DNA from: Candidatus Buchananbacteria bacterium
Lineage (GTDB): Bacteria > Patescibacteriota > Patescibacteriia > Buchananbacterales > UBA6539
Length of the DNA stretch: 64,000 nt
Assembly: GCA_041664165.1 (NCBI GenBank)
Contig: JBAYLH010000002.1
Coordinates: 9,665 to 73,664, forward strand
Direction of reading: 5' to 3'
Of this stretch, positions 1 through 9,680 are shown in pieces (the first letter of the stretch is position 1; each line of letters starts with the position of its first letter). A model generated the notes under the pieces. It made no database searches. It was not told the DNA's origin and was given only the letters and a program-made list of their open reading frames with translations. A program made the position numbers and the translations under genes.

Positions 1-357
1 CAATATTCGGCCGCCCTGGAGTACAAAAATTTGATTTTTGATCCCAACCAGGACAATTCTTTGCTTTTGGTCTCCAAATACGGTTTGATTAAAACCAATG
101 ACGGCGGAAAAAATTGGGAAGCGATTAAATTAATTACGCCGCCGTCGACTACCGATATTTATTCAGTGGCGATAAATCCTAAAAATAACTTGGAAATTTA
201 TTATGCGACCGCCTCGACTTTTTATAAAACCGTTGACGGCGGAAAAAATTGGGTAACCAAAAGATTGCCGACCGCGGCGGTGGCAACTTATTTGATTATT
301 GACCCCAATGACCAAAATATAATTTATCTGGGATTAGCTAACTTAAATAGAAAATAA
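1..357 (+). CDS. C-terminal fragment (gene starts upstream of window) of BNR/Asp-box repeat beta-propeller protein
   Basis: Frame is open from nt 1; repeated DGGKNW Asp-box motifs typical of BNR/Ycf48-like propellers. Confidence 0.5.
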   Translation, partial: QYSAALEYKNLIFDPNQDNSLLLVSKYGLIKTNDGGKNWEAIKLITPPSTTDIYSVAINPKNNLEIYYATASTFYKTVDGGKNWVTKRLPTAAVATYLIIDPNDQNIIYLGLANLNRK

Positions 358-362
358 AAAAT

Positions 363-917
363 ATGGCAACCCTACTTGATAATTACAAATCAGACTTTGA
401 TAAATCTTTGGAAAATCTCAAGGCCGACTTGGCGACTTTGCGGGTCGGCCGGGCCAATCCGATGATTGTCGAAAATATTTTTGTCGAGGCTTATGGCGTT
501 AAAACCCCGCTGAAACAGCTGGCCTCAATCGCGGTGCCGGAAGCCAGAACGATTTTGATCCAGCCCTGGGACAAGGCAATTGCCAAGGATATCGAAAAAG
601 CGATTATAATTGCCGATATCGGGATTAATCCGGTTAATGAAGGCCAGCAGATTCGTTTAACCGTACCTCAGCTGACCGAGGAAAGCCGGAAAGAATTGAC
701 CAGGTCGGTCGGCGAAAAAATGGAAAAAACCAGAATTATTATCAGGCAATTGCGGGATAAAGCCAGAGAAGAGGCAGTTAAACAGGAAAAAAATAAAGAA
801 ATCACGGAAGACGATAAATATGATTTTCAGAAGAAGTTAGACGAAATTATTAAAGATTACAACGATCAGATTAAAGAAATCGGCGCGAAAAAAGAGCAGG
901 AGATAATGACTTTATAA
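363..917 (+). CDS. frr: ribosome recycling factor
   Basis: 184 aa; full-length similarity pattern of RRF (LRVGRANP, IIRQLRDKAREE); typical size. Confidence 0.9.
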   Translation: MATLLDNYKSDFDKSLENLKADLATLRVGRANPMIVENIFVEAYGVKTPLKQLASIAVPEARTILIQPWDKAIAKDIEKAIIIADIGINPVNEGQQIRLTVPQLTEESRKELTRSVGEKMEKTRIIIRQLRDKAREEAVKQEKNKEITEDDKYDFQKKLDEIIKDYNDQIKEIGAKKEQEIMTL

Positions 918-1029
918 TTGCTAGTGAGGGATAAATGAACACTTGTGTCCACTTGAATTCAACGACGCAATTGCATGGATAGGTTTACTCGGGTTTTAAT
1001 CAATTTAAATTAATAACTGACTATAAATT

Positions 1030-2340
1030 ATGTTTTTGACAGTGATCACCTTTTTTGCGGTTTTAGGGGTTTTAGTCATTGCCCACGAGCTGGGTCATTT
1101 TTTTGCCGCCCGCCGAGGTGGAGTTAGAGTGGATGAATTTGGCTTCGGCCTGCCGCCCAGAGTTTTTGGCGTTAAAGTCTTGGCCGGCGAAAAACTGGAA
1201 AAAATCGCCCAAACCGAAGACATTAGTATCGATATTGAAAAAAGCGATTCTGTCATCAAAGAAGTCATTACTGACAAAGTTACGGAAATCGATCGAGTTA
1301 AAAAAATAAAAAAGTGGCAATTTGTCTGGGGTAATCAAGCGGAGCCGAAAAATGACAGCGATTTGAAACCGGGAACGATTTATTCTTTAAACTGGATTCC
1401 GCTCGGCGGGTTTGTCAAAATCAAAGGCGAAGAAGGCCAATCGGCCACTGACGAAGACAGCTTTGCCCATAAAGGCGTTTGGCGCCGGATTTGGATCGTT
1501 TCAGCCGGGGTCTTGATGAACCTGATTTTAGCGGCAGTTTTGTTAACCATTATTTTTGCCGTCGGTTCGCCGCAGTTTATCGATCAAAAGAAAATTTCCA
1601 ATTTAGCCCGAGTCAGCGACGTCAAAATCAGAGTTGTTGAAGTTTTGCCCGATTCACCGGCGGCTAAGGCCGATTTAAAAGTTAGCGATACGATTTTAAC
1701 CATTGATGGCCAGACTTTTGTAAAAATTGACGAATTGCAAAATTATATTAATGGTAAAATCAATCAGCCAATCAAATTGGAAGTCCAGCGTGAGAGCGAA
1801 TTTTTAACCAAAGAAATAACGCCCCAGGTTTTAACCGAAACTCAAAAAGGGGGAATGGGCGTGGCTTTAGTCCAGACGGCTTTTGTTTCTTATCCCTGGT
1901 ATATCGCCTGGTGGTACGGCATCACTGAAACTTTGACCATGGTCTGGGGAGTAATTTCCGGCTTTTATTTGATTATTAAAAATTTGCTGTTCAGCCATCA
2001 AATGATCGGCGATGTTTACGGGCCGATTGGCATTGCGACGCTAGTCGGGGATGCCGCCCGGATGGGCTTTTTGTACCTGGTTCAGTTTACCGCGGTTTTA
2101 TCGATTATTATCGCGGTGATTAATTTTTTGCCGTTTCCGGCTTTGGATGGCGGCCGGGTTTTGTTTTTATTAATCGAAGCGGTTCGCGGCCGGCCGGTGA
2201 ACCAGAAATTTGAAAATGCCCTGCATAATCTCGGCTTTGCCTTATTGATGATTTTATTTGTGGTGGTAACTTTCCGCGATATTGCCCGGCTGTCTTCGGG
2301 GTTTTTGACCTGGTGGCAAAATCTGACCAGATTATTTTAA
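1030..2340 (+). CDS. rseP: RIP metalloprotease RseP (site-2 protease, M50) with PDZ domain
   Basis: N-terminal HELGHF zinc motif in TM helix, central PDZ-like segment, C-terminal LDGG motif; 436 aa. Confidence 0.85.
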   Translation: MFLTVITFFAVLGVLVIAHELGHFFAARRGGVRVDEFGFGLPPRVFGVKVLAGEKLEKIAQTEDISIDIEKSDSVIKEVITDKVTEIDRVKKIKKWQFVWGNQAEPKNDSDLKPGTIYSLNWIPLGGFVKIKGEEGQSATDEDSFAHKGVWRRIWIVSAGVLMNLILAAVLLTIIFAVGSPQFIDQKKISNLARVSDVKIRVVEVLPDSPAAKADLKVSDTILTIDGQTFVKIDELQNYINGKINQPIKLEVQRESEFLTKEITPQVLTETQKGGMGVALVQTAFVSYPWYIAWWYGITETLTMVWGVISGFYLIIKNLLFSHQMIGDVYGPIGIATLVGDAARMGFLYLVQFTAVLSIIIAVINFLPFPALDGGRVLFLLIEAVRGRPVNQKFENALHNLGFALLMILFVVVTFRDIARLSSGFLTWWQNLTRLF

Positions 2341-2348
2341 CCAAACCA

Positions 2349-2729
2349 ATGAGAATATTTTTACCCTTTGATTTCAATTTGAACCTGCCGGTTTTTCTGC
2401 GCCGAGCCGGTTATGCTGAATTCAACGATCCCAATACCGGCAAGACCAGCTATACCAAAAGATTTACCCGCGATTTTTATCCTCGGTTTCATATTTATGC
2501 CGAAAGCACTGACGGCCAGACTTTTCTCAACTTGCACTTAGACCAAAAAAAAGCTTCTTACAAGGGTTATTCCGCCCACAATGCCGAATATGACGGGGCA
2601 GTGGTAGAACGCGAAGGAGCCAGGCTTTCAGGCTTAGTAAAAAATGAGATGGATAATCAGAGTCAGTCCGTAAAGCCAGTTGCCGAGGAAAAGAAAAGTT
2701 TTTGGCAAAAAATATTTAAGCAAGACTAA
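2349..2729 (+). CDS. hypothetical protein
   Basis: ORF between rseP and proS; start moved to ATG at 2349 (MRIFLPF); no recognisable motif. Confidence 0.4.
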   Translation: MRIFLPFDFNLNLPVFLRRAGYAEFNDPNTGKTSYTKRFTRDFYPRFHIYAESTDGQTFLNLHLDQKKASYKGYSAHNAEYDGAVVEREGARLSGLVKNEMDNQSQSVKPVAEEKKSFWQKIFKQD

Positions 2730-2742
2730 TTTTTTAATTTTT

Positions 2743-3987
2743 ATGTTGCAATCAAAATTATTTGGTAAAACCCTCAAAGAACCGCCGAAAGACGAAGTCA
2801 GCATTAACGCCATATTTTTGACTCGGGGCGGCTTTGTCGATAAATTAACCGCCGGCGTTTATACTTATTTGCCGCTCGGCCTGCGGGTTTTGAATAAGGT
2901 CAAGCAAATTGTTCGGGAGGAAATGGATGCGATTTCCGGCCAGGAAATTTTAATGCCGGCCATTCAGCCCAAAGAAATTTGGCAAACCACCGGCCGCTGG
3001 ACCGATCCGGGCAAAGAAGTGATGTTTCAGTTCAAAGGCCGAAGTGACAAAGAGTTCGGCTTAGGCTGGACGCACGAAGAAGTCGTCACGCCGCTGGTGA
3101 AAAAATTTGTCAGTTCCTACAAAGACTTGCCGGTGTACCTTTACCAAATCCAGGATAAATTCAGAAGCGAGCCGCGGGCCAAATCCGGGCTAATGCGCGG
3201 CATTGAATTTTCAATGAAAGATTTATACAGTTTTCATCGCGATGAAAAAGATTTGGCGGCTTATTACGAGCAGGCTCTGGCGGCTTACCAAAAAGTTTTT
3301 TCCCGCTGCGGCTTAGACGCGCTAATTACGGAAGCTTCCGGCGGCTCATTTTCAAAATATTCCCATGAATTTCAAGTCTTAACGAATTACGGCGAAGACA
3401 CGATTTTTTATTGCCCCAATTGCGGTTACGCCCAAAATAAAGAAATTACGGAAATTAAAGCCGGCCATAAATGTCCGAAATGCCAAACCGAAAAAATTAA
3501 AGAAGGCAAGGCGATTGAAGTCGGCAATATTTTCCAGCTCAAGACTAAGTATTCAGAACCGTTTAAATTGGAATATGTCGATGAAAACGGCAAAAGAAAA
3601 CCGGTGATAATGGGTTGTTACGGTATCGGGCCGAGCCGGGTGATGGGGGCAGTGGTGGAAATTTTTCACGATGACAAAGGAATTGTTTGGCCGGAAAGCA
3701 TTGCGCCGTTTAAAGTTCATTTGCTGCAAATTGGCCAAGACGAGGCTATTGAAAAAAAGGCTCAGGTGGTCTATAATGAATTACTTAAGCAAAAGATTGA
3801 AGTCTTGTTTGATGACCGGCCAGACGCGACGGCCGGCCAGAAATTCGCTGATGCCGATTTAATCGGTATTCCTAATCGACTGGTAGTTTCGGCTAAGACC
3901 GGCGATAAGATTGAATTCAAAAAACGGAGTGAAAAAGAATCAGTTTTAGTCAGTTTGGCGGAATTAGTCAGAAAAATTGAAAACTAA
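2743..3987 (+). CDS. proS: prolyl-tRNA synthetase (class II, compact type with Zn-binding CPNCGY...CPKC)
   Basis: Class II aaRS motifs, FRSEPRAKSGLMRGIEF, C-terminal anticodon-binding region; start set at MLQSKLFGKTLKEP. Confidence 0.9.
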   Translation: MLQSKLFGKTLKEPPKDEVSINAIFLTRGGFVDKLTAGVYTYLPLGLRVLNKVKQIVREEMDAISGQEILMPAIQPKEIWQTTGRWTDPGKEVMFQFKGRSDKEFGLGWTHEEVVTPLVKKFVSSYKDLPVYLYQIQDKFRSEPRAKSGLMRGIEFSMKDLYSFHRDEKDLAAYYEQALAAYQKVFSRCGLDALITEASGGSFSKYSHEFQVLTNYGEDTIFYCPNCGYAQNKEITEIKAGHKCPKCQTEKIKEGKAIEVGNIFQLKTKYSEPFKLEYVDENGKRKPVIMGCYGIGPSRVMGAVVEIFHDDKGIVWPESIAPFKVHLLQIGQDEAIEKKAQVVYNELLKQKIEVLFDDRPDATAGQKFADADLIGIPNRLVVSAKTGDKIEFKKRSEKESVLVSLAELVRKIEN

Positions 3988-4057
3988 AGTCGTATTAGAA
4001 ACTTAAGTAAATCAAGCTTACTGGCTTAATTTGCTTACTAGCTTAATTTACTTTTCT

Positions 4058-5122
4058 ATGGCCATATTTAACCGCTTATTCAAAAAATTCTCCAAAGATG
4101 TCGGGATTGACTTAGGCACCGCCAATACTTTAATTTACGTTAAAGAACGCGGGATTGTGGTCAAAGAATCTTCCATCGTGGCGTTGAATAACCGCACGGA
4201 TCAAATTTTAGCCGTGGGCGAAGAAGCCGCCCGGATGGTGGGCAAAACCCCGCCGCACATTACGATTTCCCGGCCGCTGGTTGACGGCATTATTTCGGAT
4301 TTCGAAGTAACGGAAAAAATGCTCAAATATTTCATTGATCGGATTTATCAGGAAAGTTTCGGCTTGTCGCCGCGGCCGCGGGTTGTTATCGGCGTGCCAC
4401 TCGATGTAACCGAAGTGGAAAAAAAAGCCGTTGAAGACGTCGTCTTATCCGCCGGGGCGCGGGAAGTTTATTTGGTGGAAAATGTCATTGCCACCGCCAT
4501 TGGCGCGCGGCTGCCGATTCAGGATCCGTCCGGCAATATGATTGTTGATTTGGGCGGCGGCGTAACCGAAATTGCCGTGATTTCGCTTTCCGGCGTTGTC
4601 GCTTGGAAATCTTTGCGCACGGCTGGCAACAAACTCAACCAGGACGTGATGCAGTTTGCCCGCAGCGAATTTAACCTCTTAATCGGCGAAGGCGTAGCGG
4701 AAGATATTAAAATCAAAGCGGCCAAGATTATCGAATCGGGCGAACCGATTGAATTAAAAATGCGGGGCCGAGATTTGCTGACCGGTTTGCCGAAAGAAGT
4801 GATTATTAATGCCGAACAAGTCAAAGCCGCTTTGCAGCGTTCCGTTTTGACCATTATCGAAGGGATTAAAAGCACTTTGGAAATCACGCCGCCGGAATTA
4901 GTGGCCGACATTTATCAGCGGGGCATGGTTTTGGCCGGCGGCGGCGCGCTGCTCGCCGGGTTGGATCAGGCGATCGCCAAGGCCACCAAAATTCCGATTA
5001 AAGTTATTGAAGATCCCATCACTTGCGCGGTGCGGGGCATGGGCTTGATTTTGGAAGATGAAAATCTGCTCAAAGAAGTGGCGATTCCTTCTTCGACCCA
5101 GGAAGAAAAAAATTCTCGTTAA
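4058..5122 (+). CDS. mreB: rod shape-determining protein MreB
   Basis: Actin-fold ATPase signature GIDLGTANT, DLGGGVTE; ATG at 4058 preferred over TTG 4031. Confidence 0.9.
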   Translation: MAIFNRLFKKFSKDVGIDLGTANTLIYVKERGIVVKESSIVALNNRTDQILAVGEEAARMVGKTPPHITISRPLVDGIISDFEVTEKMLKYFIDRIYQESFGLSPRPRVVIGVPLDVTEVEKKAVEDVVLSAGAREVYLVENVIATAIGARLPIQDPSGNMIVDLGGGVTEIAVISLSGVVAWKSLRTAGNKLNQDVMQFARSEFNLLIGEGVAEDIKIKAAKIIESGEPIELKMRGRDLLTGLPKEVIINAEQVKAALQRSVLTIIEGIKSTLEITPPELVADIYQRGMVLAGGGALLAGLDQAIAKATKIPIKVIEDPITCAVRGMGLILEDENLLKEVAIPSSTQEEKNSR

Positions 5123-5128
5123 AAAAAT

Positions 5129-5944
5129 ATGGTTAAATTCGTCCGATCAAGCCGTTTATCTTTGGTTTTATTAGCAGTGGCAGTTCTGCTAATTTTTTTG
5201 CATTATCTTGGAATCTTAGTACCAGTCGAGAATTTGCTGATTAGAATTTTGTCGCCGATCCAGTCGTCAGTCTATTCCGCCGGCGCCAAGATTAACAGTT
5301 TTTATACGGGTTTTTCCGCCAGTAAAGATTTGAAAACGGAAAACAAAAAATTGCAGAAAGATAATGACCGGCTGGCGGTTGAAAATTCCCAGCTAAAAAC
5401 CCAGCTAGGAGATTTTCAGCAATTGAAAATCCAAAATGATTTTTTGGTTCAGGCTAATATTTCCGCCATTACCGCCAAAGTGATTGGTAAAAATCCCGAG
5501 CCGAATTACCAGGCAATTATATTGGATAAAGGCAGTAACGACGGCGTGGCCGTTGATTTGCCGCTGATTACCGGCAATGGCTTGGTTATCGGCAAAATTT
5601 TTCGGGTTAAAAGCAACAGTTCCGAAGCCATTTTGGTCAATGATTCCCGCAGCCGAATTGCGGCGATGGTGCAAAATGAAAAAAACAGCAAAGGGGCGGT
5701 AGTCGGCGAGCACGGCTTAAGCTTGAAAATTGAAATGATTCCGCAAAATGAAGCGGTTAAAGTCGGCGATATTGTCGTTACTTCGGGTTTGGAACCGACG
5801 ATTCCCCGCGGCTTGATTATCGGCAAAATCAGCCGGCTGGTTAACGAACCAAACAGTTTTTTCCAAACGGCCTGGCTGCAGTCAATGATTAAGCTCGACG
5901 ATTTAACCGTGGTTTCAATTCTGAAAAATCAAAATTATGATTAA
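5129..5944 (+). CDS. mreC: rod shape-determining protein MreC
   Basis: N-terminal TM, coiled coil, C-terminal beta domain; position mreB-mreC-mreD. Confidence 0.8.
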   Translation: MVKFVRSSRLSLVLLAVAVLLIFLHYLGILVPVENLLIRILSPIQSSVYSAGAKINSFYTGFSASKDLKTENKKLQKDNDRLAVENSQLKTQLGDFQQLKIQNDFLVQANISAITAKVIGKNPEPNYQAIILDKGSNDGVAVDLPLITGNGLVIGKIFRVKSNSSEAILVNDSRSRIAAMVQNEKNSKGAVVGEHGLSLKIEMIPQNEAVKVGDIVVTSGLEPTIPRGLIIGKISRLVNEPNSFFQTAWLQSMIKLDDLTVVSILKNQNYD

Positions 5945-6461
5945 TATTTTGTTTGGCATAATTTCCCTGCTGATTTTAGGCATCGTTCAGATTAGTTTTT
6001 TAACGACTTGGCCGCTGCCGGTCAGCAGCTTGAATTTAGTTTTAAGCCTGGTGATTTTTTTGACGGTGATGATTAATTATCAGAAAGGCTTGTGGTGGGC
6101 GCTTGGCGCCGGACTTTTTTTGGAGCTTTATTCCGGCGCGATGTTTGGCATTACGACCTTGAGCCTGATTATGACGGTTTTGGGAGTTAATTTTTTGTTT
6201 AATAATTTTTTCACCAACCGATCGCTTTATTCTTTGGTAATTTTAGGCTTTTTCGGCAGTGTGATTTACAATTTGCTAATTTTAAGCTTAAACTTCATCG
6301 GCGTCTTGTTGAAGCAGAATGTCTATTTTTTATTCTTTGATTTTTGGTCGCAGTTTTTTTGGCAGCCGGTTTTCAACGTTTTGGTTTTGATGGTTATTTT
6401 CTTTGCTTATTATCTCTCAACCGGCCGATTAAAAAATCTATTTTTATTCCCTGCCAATTAA
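5937..6461 (+). CDS. mreD: rod shape-determining protein MreD (polytopic membrane)
   Basis: Very hydrophobic 174 aa directly after mreC and before PBP2. Confidence 0.55.
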   Translation: MINILFGIISLLILGIVQISFLTTWPLPVSSLNLVLSLVIFLTVMINYQKGLWWALGAGLFLELYSGAMFGITTLSLIMTVLGVNFLFNNFFTNRSLYSLVILGFFGSVIYNLLILSLNFIGVLLKQNVYFLFFDFWSQFFWQPVFNVLVLMVIFFAYYLSTGRLKNLFLFPAN

Positions 6462-6462
6462 T

Positions 6463-8421
6463 ATGAAACTGAAGCTGAACGCCGATCCATTTTCCCTTAC
6501 GGCCGGAAATTCCAAGCTCAACAGCTACCAAGTCAGGAGCCGGCCCAAAGGCAGATGGTTTGAGGTTGATTCTTTTACGGACCGAAAAAATCGAACCGGC
6601 AACGGATCGGTTGGTTTTTATATTGATGAAAAAATTATTAATCTATGGCTTTGGTTTGTTATTTTTTGTATTTTTATCCTAGTCGTCCGGGTTGCTTATT
6701 TGCAGCTTTACCGCAGCTCATATTTTAGCAGCGTCGCCGAAGGCAACCGGATCAGGATCGCCGACATCAAAGCCACGCGGGGAGTAATTTATGACCGGTT
6801 TAACAAATTATTGGTCGAAAATTTTCCGGTTTTTTCTTTGGCCGTGATTCCGGTTGATTTGCCGAAAACCGAAGCCGAAAAAAATAAATTAATCAAAGAG
6901 CTGGCCAAACTTTCCGGCCAGTCGGAGCCGGATATTAATAAATTAATCGGCGGTCAAAAAATTTATTCCTACCAGCCGGTAATTTTAAAAGAAAATCTGA
7001 CCCAAGACGAGGCGATTTTGGCGCGGGTTTTGAGCAGTCATTTTTCCAGCGTCGTTTTGCAGGCCAACGAAAGCCGCCATTATCTGATGGCCCAAGATAA
7101 TCCCGGTCTTTCCCACGTTTTAGGCTATGAGGGCAAAATTGAGGAAAATAAGCTCGATGCCTATTTAAATCAAGGCTATTCTTTTGATGATTATGTCGGT
7201 AAAGCCGGCGTTGAATTGACTTATGAGACGGAACTCAAGGGTGTAAACGGCAAAGAGCAGGTTGAAGTCGATGCGACCGGCCAGGCGAAAGAAATTTTAG
7301 CCCAGCAAAAGCCGGTCTCGGGAAAAAATTTAGTTTTAACCATTGATGCTGATTTGCAAAAAGTCGCGGAAACTAGCTTGGCCAAAACTCTGGCGGCTAA
7401 TCATAAGCAGAAAGGGGTTGTAATCGCCTTAGACCCCAATTCCGGGGAGGTTTTGGCTTTAGTCAGCCTGCCTTCTTTTGACAACAATTTATTCAGCAAG
7501 GCTTTAAGCCAGCAAGATTCCGATAATTTATTTAATAATCCGGACCAGCCTTTGTTTTTTCGAGCGATCAGCGGGGAATATCCGCCCGGTTCGACTTTTA
7601 AGCTGATTATCAGCGCCGCGGCTTTGCAGGAGGGGATAATCGACTCAAATACCAGTTTTCAGAGCGTCGGCGGCATTCGCGTCAACCAGTGGTTTTTTCC
7701 GGATTGGAAAGCCGGCGGCCATGGCTGGACCAATGTTACTAAAGCCTTAGCTGAATCGATTAATACCTTTTTTTATATTATCGGCGGCGGGTACAATGAT
7801 TTTAAGGGCTTAGGCGTGGAAAAAATTAAAAAATATGCGGAAATGTTCGGTTTAGGCAAGGAGTTGGGAATTGATTTGCCTAACGAGGGCACTGGCTTTT
7901 TGCCCAGCGAAGATTGGAAAGAAAAAACCAAAAATGAGCTTTGGTATATCGGCGATACTTACCATTTGGCGATCGGCCAAGGCGACGTAACGGTAACGCC
8001 GCTGCAAATTGCCGCCTGGACTTCAGTTTTTGCCAATGGCGGCATTCTATACCAGCCGCACGTCGTTAAAGCTATTTTGGATTCGGAAAATAAGCCCGTA
8101 ACCGAAGTCAAACCTAAAATTTTGAATCAAGGTTTCATCAGTCCAAAAAATATTGATATTGTCAGCCAGGGTTTAAGGCAAGCGGTTTTGAGCGGTAGTG
8201 CTAAAAGCCTGCAAAGCTTGCCCATTACTTCGGCGGCCAAAACCGGCACGGCTCAGTGGTCAACGACGAAAAGTCCCCAGGCCTGGTTTACCGCTTATGC
8301 GCCCTATGAAAGTCCTAAAATTGTCGTGACGGTTTTAGTCGAAGAGGGCGGTGAAGGCAGTACAGTTGGCTTGCCGATAGCCAAAGAGGTCTTAGATTGG
8401 TGGGCCAAAAACCGGCAATAA
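6463..8421 (+). CDS. mrdA: penicillin-binding protein 2 (elongasome transpeptidase)
   Basis: STFK active-site serine motif, SxN and KTG motifs present; follows mreBCD. Confidence 0.85.
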   Translation: MKLKLNADPFSLTAGNSKLNSYQVRSRPKGRWFEVDSFTDRKNRTGNGSVGFYIDEKIINLWLWFVIFCIFILVVRVAYLQLYRSSYFSSVAEGNRIRIADIKATRGVIYDRFNKLLVENFPVFSLAVIPVDLPKTEAEKNKLIKELAKLSGQSEPDINKLIGGQKIYSYQPVILKENLTQDEAILARVLSSHFSSVVLQANESRHYLMAQDNPGLSHVLGYEGKIEENKLDAYLNQGYSFDDYVGKAGVELTYETELKGVNGKEQVEVDATGQAKEILAQQKPVSGKNLVLTIDADLQKVAETSLAKTLAANHKQKGVVIALDPNSGEVLALVSLPSFDNNLFSKALSQQDSDNLFNNPDQPLFFRAISGEYPPGSTFKLIISAAALQEGIIDSNTSFQSVGGIRVNQWFFPDWKAGGHGWTNVTKALAESINTFFYIIGGGYNDFKGLGVEKIKKYAEMFGLGKELGIDLPNEGTGFLPSEDWKEKTKNELWYIGDTYHLAIGQGDVTVTPLQIAAWTSVFANGGILYQPHVVKAILDSENKPVTEVKPKILNQGFISPKNIDIVSQGLRQAVLSGSAKSLQSLPITSAAKTGTAQWSTTKSPQAWFTAYAPYESPKIVVTVLVEEGGEGSTVGLPIAKEVLDWWAKNRQ

Positions 8422-8444
8422 TGAGCTAATTTTTTAAATTTTAT

Positions 8445-8480
8445 TTGACATAAACTGCAATATATGCTTTACTATCTTGT
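8445..8480 (+). promoter_or_regulatory. candidate promoter (TTGACA -35) for the GC-rich RNA+ORF module
   Basis: TTGACA at 8445 followed by AT-rich -10-like hexamers; immediately after mrdA stop. Confidence 0.3.
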
Positions 8481-8525
8481 TAGTTCTTTGACAGATTTTA
8501 GAGCAATAGTTACTTGCAAAAATAG

Positions 8526-8699
8526 TAGCCATAGCCAAAAGTTACCAATAGTTTTGTCATTCTGAGGGAGTCCATAATTATCTGACAGGAAGGACGACCG
8601 AAGAATCTCTAATATCCTTTGAATCCGGTCGCAATGAACTTGTCCAGAAGCGACCTTCGTTTGGGATAACAACCTTTGGTGTTTTCTGGCTATGGCTAC
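8526..8699 (+). ncRNA. candidate structured RNA closed by 16-bp long-range helix
   Basis: TAGCCATAGCCAAAAG (8526-8541) pairs with TTTTCTGGCTATGGCTA (8683-8699); internal GC-rich hairpins CGACCG...CGGTCG and GGTCGC...GCGACC; no ORF. Confidence 0.3.
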
Positions 8700-8761
8700 G
8701 CTGTGTAGTCCGCTGGCATAAACTCGAAATTGGCGAAAAACTCTTGAAAGGAGAACACGCC

Positions 8762-9394
8762 ATGAATAAAGATGGACTGTTAGATCCGCAGACATCGGCT
8801 TTTGGAGGACGTTTACTAACATGCCTTCCTGCCATGCCCGGAGGAGTGGCGCAAGACTGGTTTGATTTTCCGGAGGGATTGCAGGAGTATCTGGCCGGGC
8901 TTGCTACGTCGCCATTTGTCGTCAGGGTTGACCGTTTGGTCAAACCTGTCTACCCGGATTGGGTGAAAGAGGTTCTCCATCCGGAATTGGAGAACACAGG
9001 TCCTGACGAATTCAATCTCAAAACGGATGTCGCGCTGTGGCTCCATGACGGACAGAAGAATGGCGATGTAGTCAACTCCAAATTTGTCTATTATCACCTG
9101 CGAGACAACGGCATGCTTCCTACGTGCCTGAATCTCCAAGACGGCGAAGCGATTCGGGGAAGAGGCATTGCCGTTTTCCGGAAGTTTTTTAGAGATAAAG
9201 AAGTCTTTCTCTGGAAGGCGGTTGTGCAGGATTGTCATGGCTTCATCCGCGTCCCGCATCTCCGTGAGGTCAGATCTCAGGTTGTGGTCGAATGGCGCAG
9301 ACTTGGTGCCGGTTGTTTCGGCGATAACTATCCGGCGGCTCGCTTCACGCTACAAGTAAATATACCCTTTAGACATAAGGGCTTGATCGCTTGA
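8762..9394 (+). CDS. orphan hypothetical protein, compositionally foreign (GC-rich, CTG/CTC/GGA codons)
   Basis: AAAGGAG SD 7 nt before ATG 8762; 210 aa; no recognised domain; codon usage unlike neighbours. Confidence 0.6.
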   Translation: MNKDGLLDPQTSAFGGRLLTCLPAMPGGVAQDWFDFPEGLQEYLAGLATSPFVVRVDRLVKPVYPDWVKEVLHPELENTGPDEFNLKTDVALWLHDGQKNGDVVNSKFVYYHLRDNGMLPTCLNLQDGEAIRGRGIAVFRKFFRDKEVFLWKAVVQDCHGFIRVPHLREVRSQVVVEWRRLGAGCFGDNYPAARFTLQVNIPFRHKGLIA

Positions 9395-9435
9395 GGCGAC
9401 CTTGGACTTGCATCTCATCGACTCGCGTTGGTTTC

Positions 9436-9462
9436 ATAGACTGGCGCGGGTCTATTTTTTTT
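9436..9462 (+). terminator. rho-independent terminator candidate
   Basis: ATAGAC-tggcgcgg-GTCTAT hairpin followed by T8. Confidence 0.5.
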
Positions 9463-9548
9463 ATGCAATTGGTTAAATTACTTTGCTTTTTAGCCAAGCC
9501 ACAATAAACCCAATTATTTGGCTTTTGTGGATAAGTTAGGCCAAATAT

Positions 9549-9577
9549 TTGACATTTTGTAAATGGTCATTTATACT
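9549..9577 (+). promoter_or_regulatory. sigma70-type promoter for greA
   Basis: TTGACA-17 nt-TATACT consensus match. Confidence 0.55.
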
Positions 9578-9680
9578 AAGTTTTAGCTTTTAGCGCCGGC
9601 CGCTATTTTTTTAATATCATTATCGGCAGCGGCAAACAAACATTTTTTTAATTTTTAAATCAAAGTATAAATCAAAACTT

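Noticed and set aside
1072-1338. Antisense and overlapping ORFs inside rseP (1072-1338 -, 1079-1309 +, 1095-1277 -)
   Set aside because: Shadow ORFs within a well-supported gene.
8585-8605. SRP (4.5S) RNA domain-IV-like CTGACAGGAAGGACGACCG
   Set aside because: Only loose resemblance to GUCAGGUCCGGAAGGAAGCAGC; the closing helices and length do not fit SRP RNA.
8526-9394. Retron (msr/msd with a1/a2 inverted repeats) interpretation of the RNA+protein island
   Set aside because: The downstream 210-aa protein has no reverse-transcriptase motifs (no YxDD, too short) and there is no RT nearby. Retained only as a structural analogy.
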